Assembly (NCBI RefSeq): GCF_006345805.1
Contig: NC_043020.1
Location: 25,358,001-25,422,000 of the forward strand
Length of the DNA stretch: 64,000 bases
Direction: 5' to 3'
Origin: Octopus sinensis
Taxonomy: Eukaryota
Under the pieces are notes generated by a model. It did not search any database, had not been told where the DNA came from, and saw only the letters and a list, made by a program, of their open reading frames with translations. Positions 58,431 through 64,000 of the stretch are shown here, piece after piece. The stretch's first letter is position 1. Every line of letters begins with the position of its first letter. Made by a program: the position numbers and the translations under genes.

Positions 58431-58774
58431 TTGTATTTTATATAATATATACGTATATATGATGGACTCACCTGTCGTTAGGTGACGTATGAGGGTTCGG
58501 GTATTTCTTATCGAACAACCACACAAATGATTTGTTCATAGTGATCAACTGTTTTTGAAGACATATGCTCACTGCCTCTATTAGATCGACATGTCAGATG
58601 ATAAAATGATCGTAGAGCAACGTGAAATGAAGTGCTCAACGCAACGTCCGGTCTGGGAATCGGACCCACGATCTTACACCTTAACCACTGAGCCATGCAC
58701 CTTCACATATATTTATTTCAAATATAATGCTTATTTGTTCACTCATTGTTTTAAATTAGTTTTAAATACAAGGG

Positions 58775-58965
58775 GCTAAACTTAGAGGGGACAAAGAAGG
58801 ATAAACTACGGGATTAAATCGATTACATTGACTCCAGTGCGGAACTGGTACTTATTTAAACGATCCTGAAAGGATGAAAGGCCAAGTCGACCTCGGCGGA
58901 ATTTGAACTCAGAACGTAACGGCAGACGAAATAAAGACGAAAACGGTTTTGCCAGCTCACCGCCT
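58775..58965 (-). mobile_element. SINE family B
   Basis: Family B module. Confidence 0.8.
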
Positions 58966-59112
58966 CTGCCTTCACATATATTAACAGGCTTCGGGTGCAA
59001 GGCAAAGAAAAAAAAGCAGGTGCAAATACATCACCTGTACTCACCTGTAATCCACATTCTTGCAACATCTGTGACCTCCTTTGCATATACATATACATAC
59101 ATATATATACAA

Positions 59113-59163
<51 letters not shown>

Positions 59164-59256
59164 ATAAATCCTTAAAAACCGAGGAACACAAAAAACAACG
59201 CGAGGACGTGGTACACGTAAAGTATTAGCAGACGCTCAGGGAAGGAAAGAAAGATG

Positions 59257-59291
59257 GATTAACGTTTCAAGCAAAGCTTTTCTTCAGAAAC
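59257..59291 (-). ncRNA. Degenerate minimal hammerhead (CUGAAGA core)
   Basis: GTTT CTGAAGA A AAGC TTT GCTT GAAAC GTT / AATC. Confidence 0.45.
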
Positions 59292-59404
59292 AGGAAAGTC
59301 CAATAGAAAAGGAAGACGGAGAAAAAAATACGCCAACGATTCACATGTGGTTATATATCTATAGGGAGAATTTACGAAAAAACAAAAGACGAAGACACGT
59401 GGTG

Positions 59405-60105
59405 TACCCACAAACCCCAACCCCCAGCCGAACCCACACCCCACCCGTGCTTTCCCCACTCTCGCCTCCCCACCTCCCAACAACATCACACCACACCATA
59501 TTACACCATACATTACACATCCATCACAACACACCATACACCTATCCCCACATCTTCACACCTACACATACATACACGCACACGTCCAGACCACCAGCCC
59601 TCTTTCACACGCACATACATACTCTCTTATACACACACAGATGTATTAGTATAACACTCAAGAACAGAAAAATCTTTTACGTTTCGAGCCTACGCTCTTC
59701 TACAGAAAGGGACACAGAAAAAACAAGGAGAGAAAAAAATGTGTGTAGTGGCTAACTATCTATCATGGCGACTAGTGCCGGACAGACGGGTCAAACACGA
59801 GGAGGAAAGTAGGGGAGATAACAAGGTAAAGATGACCTCCAACACAAAGGTACCCCCCAACACAAAGGGGCGTGTGTTTATGAGAGATTATGTATGTGCG
59901 TGTGAAAGGGGGCTGGTGGTCTGGACGTGTGCGTGTATGTGTAGGTGTGAAGATGTGGGGATGGGTGTGTGGTTGGTGTGATGTGATGTGTAATGTTGTA
60001 TGGTGTAGTGTGGTGTGGTGTGATGTTGTTGGGAGGTGGGAGAGGCGAGAGTGGGGAAAGCACGGGTGGGGTGTGGGTTCGGCTGGGGGTTGGGGTTTGT
60101 GGGTA
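59405..60105. mobile_element. ~233-bp inverted repeats flanking an HHR-bearing spacer
   Basis: Arms ~59405-59637 and ~59871-60105 are near reverse complements. Confidence 0.8.
59674..59709 (-). ncRNA. Minimal hammerhead-like motif, A6U core variant
   Basis: CTTT CTGTAGA A GAGC GTAG GCTC GAAAC GTA / AAAG. Confidence 0.5.
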
Positions 60106-60696
60106 GGCAGAGGGTGGGGTATGTGGGGGATAGGATGGGGGGATGGGAAGGTGGAGTAGGGATGGGTGGGTTTTCTATCTATTTACTCTATATTTTTACC
60201 TTAAGTTTTTCACATGATAAATGTATTATAGGTACCTGGTCCTACAGTTTTAAGTTTCAAATTTAGTTAATGGACTTTCTTCTATAAGAACAATCATGAT
60301 TTTGTATCTTCAAGAAATATTGTTTAATTCTATTTGATTATTTATTTAACTATTATTGTTATTATTGTTGACCTGAGGAGTGACTTTACTTTTAAATTGA
60401 ATTGTTTTTCGATTAAATAAAAAAATAATTGTAATTCGAATTTAAATTATAGCCATGAAACGTACGTAGTCTTTTTACTTATTATATATTGTTTATTCAT
60501 TTTTGTACTCTTTGTGATCTAGTTATATGTTTCAAAATATATTTTACTTTTTATTTCTGATTTGGTTTATGTCTATCATTGTTTGAATTGCATAATAGTG
60601 GTTTTTCTCTAATTTATATATATTATATATTTATATTGTGAAATTTGATTTAATACTAAATTGAATTTTTTCCTGTAAGTTTGGAGTTATATTCCC

Positions 60697-60776
<80 letters not shown>

Positions 60777-60789
60777 CATCATCATTATT

Positions 60790-61350
60790 GAGGGAGAGAC
60801 CAGTGCATGTCATCAAAGTGACGCTGGGGTAAAATATATGAAGCCCATCATGTATACCCATCATGACTAACCGTGAGATAAGGGTACACTAGGCACATGC
60901 ATCACAGCCATATGTGCGCGACATGGTGATCTCATATCAAGATAAACAGCACATGACCTTGCAGGTGGGGCCCAGTTAGAATTTTCTTCTGATCGAGTAG
61001 CCCACCCCACTCAAAAGGTCCCTGAATAAGGATTATTTAAGGATGTTGAACGAACCCCCCATGTTTCCAAAGGGGAATTATCCAAACCTCCAAGAATTCC
61101 TTTCAACACACGGCTATGATGCTCCCCCACTACTTCTGCTCGTGGTCAGAGATGCACATATCATCAGCCACTAAGGGACATGATCAACTGGTTAAGGTCA
61201 AACAGCTGAAAGCAAATCTGTGGTATTGAACAGAATATTTGCTGTAGGCCATCTTTTATACCAAAACAAAACAATGTACATGATAACACTTCCAAACAAT
61301 TAAGATCAGAAGCCATGAGAGCTACTGTCTGGTACTGCATCAGGGCATTT
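60790..61350. mobile_element. ~570-bp dispersed repeat within ATT/AAT tracts, copy 2
   Basis: Homologous to 22165-22730. Confidence 0.8.
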
Positions 61351-61400
61351 ATAATAATAATAATCATAATTATTATCATGGCTTCTGATCTTAACTAATG

Positions 61401-61461
<61 letters not shown>

Positions 61462-61522
61462 AAATAATAATGATGATGATGATGATGATAATATTAATAA
61501 TAATAATAACAATAATAATAAT

Positions 61523-63790
61523 CAGTAGTTTTATTTTTATAGCGTGCTTTCACTTCACTATCTAGTGTGATGTTGCTACTCTTAACTAGTTTTCCACTTT
61601 TCAGGGTTACTTTGGCGCATTTTTCTAATCCAAATTTCATATCTATTTCTTTGGTAAATCCATGAACTGTCTTTAGTAGTGCTTCCAGCTGTTTGTCATT
61701 TGTAGCGTATAGTTTTAGGTCATCCATATATAAAAGGTGGCTGATCGTTTTGCCGTAACATTTATATCCGCATCCAGTTCTATTTAGCATATCAGATAGA
61801 GGTGACAGTGCCAAGCAGAAAAGGAGTGGAGAGAGCGTGTCTCCCTGGAATATTCCTCTTCTAATGGGGATGGCCTTGGTTTTCATGAGTCCTTCTTTTG
61901 TTTGGAGCTGTAGCACTGTTTGCCATTTATTCATAGAGTGTCCTATGTATTTTATAATTGTTGGTGCTACTTTGTTAATGGTTAGTGTTTCGAGAATCCA
62001 TGTGTGGGGGATGCTATCAAACGTCTTTCTGTAGTCGATCCAGGCCATACTGAGGCCTTTCTTCTTTCTGTGGCTGTCTTCAATTATGGCTTTATTGATC
62101 ATTAGTTGATCTTTACAGCCATATGAACCTTTGCGGCATCCTTTTTGCTCTTCTGGAAACAGGTTGTTTTAGTCCAGGTGCTTGTTTAATCTTTGTGATA
62201 TTACTGCAGTGAATAATTTGTGCATTGTAGGTTATAGGTCTGTAGTTTTCTGGTTTTGCTGTCTCATTGGATTTGGGAATTGAGATGGTTTTCCCCTTCG
62301 TGAGCCATTCAGGTATTGTCTCTGGCTCTGCCAGTATGTTGTTAAAGTTTTCAGCCAGCTTTTTGTGCATTCCTGTCAGATATTTCAACCAGAAGTTGGG
62401 GATCTTGTCATGCCCAGGTGCCTTCCAGTTGCTTAGTCTTTGCAGTGCCTGGGTGACCTCTTCAGTTATGGGGGTCCAAAGTTGCTCAGATGCTGAGTTT
62501 ATTGTTTTAATACTCCTTTTTTTGGTTGTTCTTTCGCCGATCATATTTCTTTCCAGAATTCTTCCACTTCTTTTGCCGTTGGTGCTGCAGTGATGTCTAT
62601 TTTATTTTTGCCAAGTTCTTGATAGAACTTTTTGGGGTTGGAGTTGAACTGTTTGTTTTGTTCAAAGAAACATTGGCGTTTCTTATACCGGCGGACCCTT
62701 TGTGCTTTGGCAAGGATATCTTGCTTTAGCTTTTCTTTTATCTCGGGTAAATCTTTTTCTGTGATGTTGTATTTGCATAGTATTTTTGTAGCGTTGATTG
62801 TCTACTGATTTCATTGAGAATCGACAGATCTTTTCAAACTTTTTGTATTTCTTTTATCTCAGGTAAATCTTTTTCTGTGATGTTATATTTGCGGAGTATT
62901 TTTGTTTTCTTTTTGTTGCTCAGTAGCGTTGATTGTCTACTGAATTCATTAAGAATCGACAGATCTTTTCTCATTTTTTGTATTTTGTTTTTGATGTTAT
63001 TTATCCACAGGGTTTGTTTGAGTAGTGGTACACCTGTTTGGATGGGTTTGAGGGAGTATCCAGCTTCTTTTATGGCTGCAGTGGCTGCTGCATATACTAA
63101 GTCATTTAGCTCAGTGATATCGCTATTTGTTTCAGTGGCTATTAGTTCTGTGACGGCTAGGTTCATGCTGTTTATAATTGATGTTTTTTTGTCTACTTTG
63201 ATTTTTGGGTCGGCGGTCCATTTTCAGATCTGTGTTTTTCAGTTCTTTGATAATTCTTCTTTTTATAGTATCATAATCATTAGGCTTCCCTTCGTTGTTT
63301 CCAGATTTTAGATTTGTATCACTTTCTTTCTCATTCGTATGTTTGTCTGTCGTGTTTTGCCTTGCTGCTTGTCGTGCATTATTATGCATCCTTACGGTGT
63401 GGCTTTATTGTTTTTTGTTTACATCGTTTTTGTTGGAAATGTTACGTTTGTCTTCGTGTTTTACTATCTCAGTGCTTATATTATTTGGCATTGTTGTGTG
63501 GCTTCTATCTACATTTTCCTGATGTATTTTTTCTTTTAAATGTTCTATTTCTATTTCTGATATATTTTTTTGCGTTGAGAATATATCTTCGTACGTTAGC
63601 TAGTTTATTAGGGTTCATTGCTGTATACAAGTCTTTATTTATGTTATTTTTCTTCCATATTTTATATGTATATGTTGTTGTGTTTTCGTTCTTTGGGTAG
63701 AGCACTGCTGTAAAGTAAACGTGTAGGATTGAAATGTATATCATCCATACTTGCTCATGTTTTGCTTTGATCGCTCTTTGTGTGTTACTA
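61523..63790 (-). mobile_element. R4/Dong-type LINE with RT, internally deleted before the RLE domain
   Basis: WKAPGHDKIPNFWLK..AWIDYRKTFDSIPH..GIFQGDTLSPLLF..HLLYMDDLKLY; adjoins (TAA)n. Confidence 0.92.
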
Positions 63791-64000
63791 GTTATCTCTC
63801 CCTCATCTTGAACCATTTTCTATTGACATCCATACTTCATTCTTAACTCCATCTCTTTTCTGTCATTGACCACCAACCAGACTTTTGTTTGTCACTCTCT
63901 TCATTTACCCTCTATGTATCTCAACCATCTCCACCCCATCACAATGTCTCTCACTCTCACCACTACTCTCTGCATCATTCCTATATCACCTCCCTATCTT

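Overview
Eukaryotic, AT-rich, microsatellite-saturated non-coding DNA. The SINE and LINE families look like those of a coleoid cephalopod, probably Octopus; this is recognition, not a database result. I found no host protein-coding gene I can support, and most long ORFs in the track are microsatellite translations. The window holds decayed LINEs (Tx1/L1-type 3' ends, R4/Dong-type RLE elements, a young CR1-type pair in inverted orientation), three tRNA-type SINE families, Helitron derivatives, hAT and mariner MITEs, and one 100-N gap. The main discovery is a set of short non-coding elements, mostly in or next to (TA)n tracts. They carry minimal type I hammerhead ribozyme (HHR) folds of the Penelope-like/retrozyme kind, usually with an inverted partial copy of themselves. 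The cores vary at the C3-G8 pair: U3-A8 (TTGAAAA) in a 5.75-copy array of a ~362-bp unit at 35.0-37.3 kb, G3-C8 (GTGAACA) in a perfect 137-bp-arm palindrome at 31.0 kb, and canonical or near-canonical cores at 37.9, 47.8, 49.7, 59.3 and 59.7 kb. The folds were assigned by eye and cleavage is untested.
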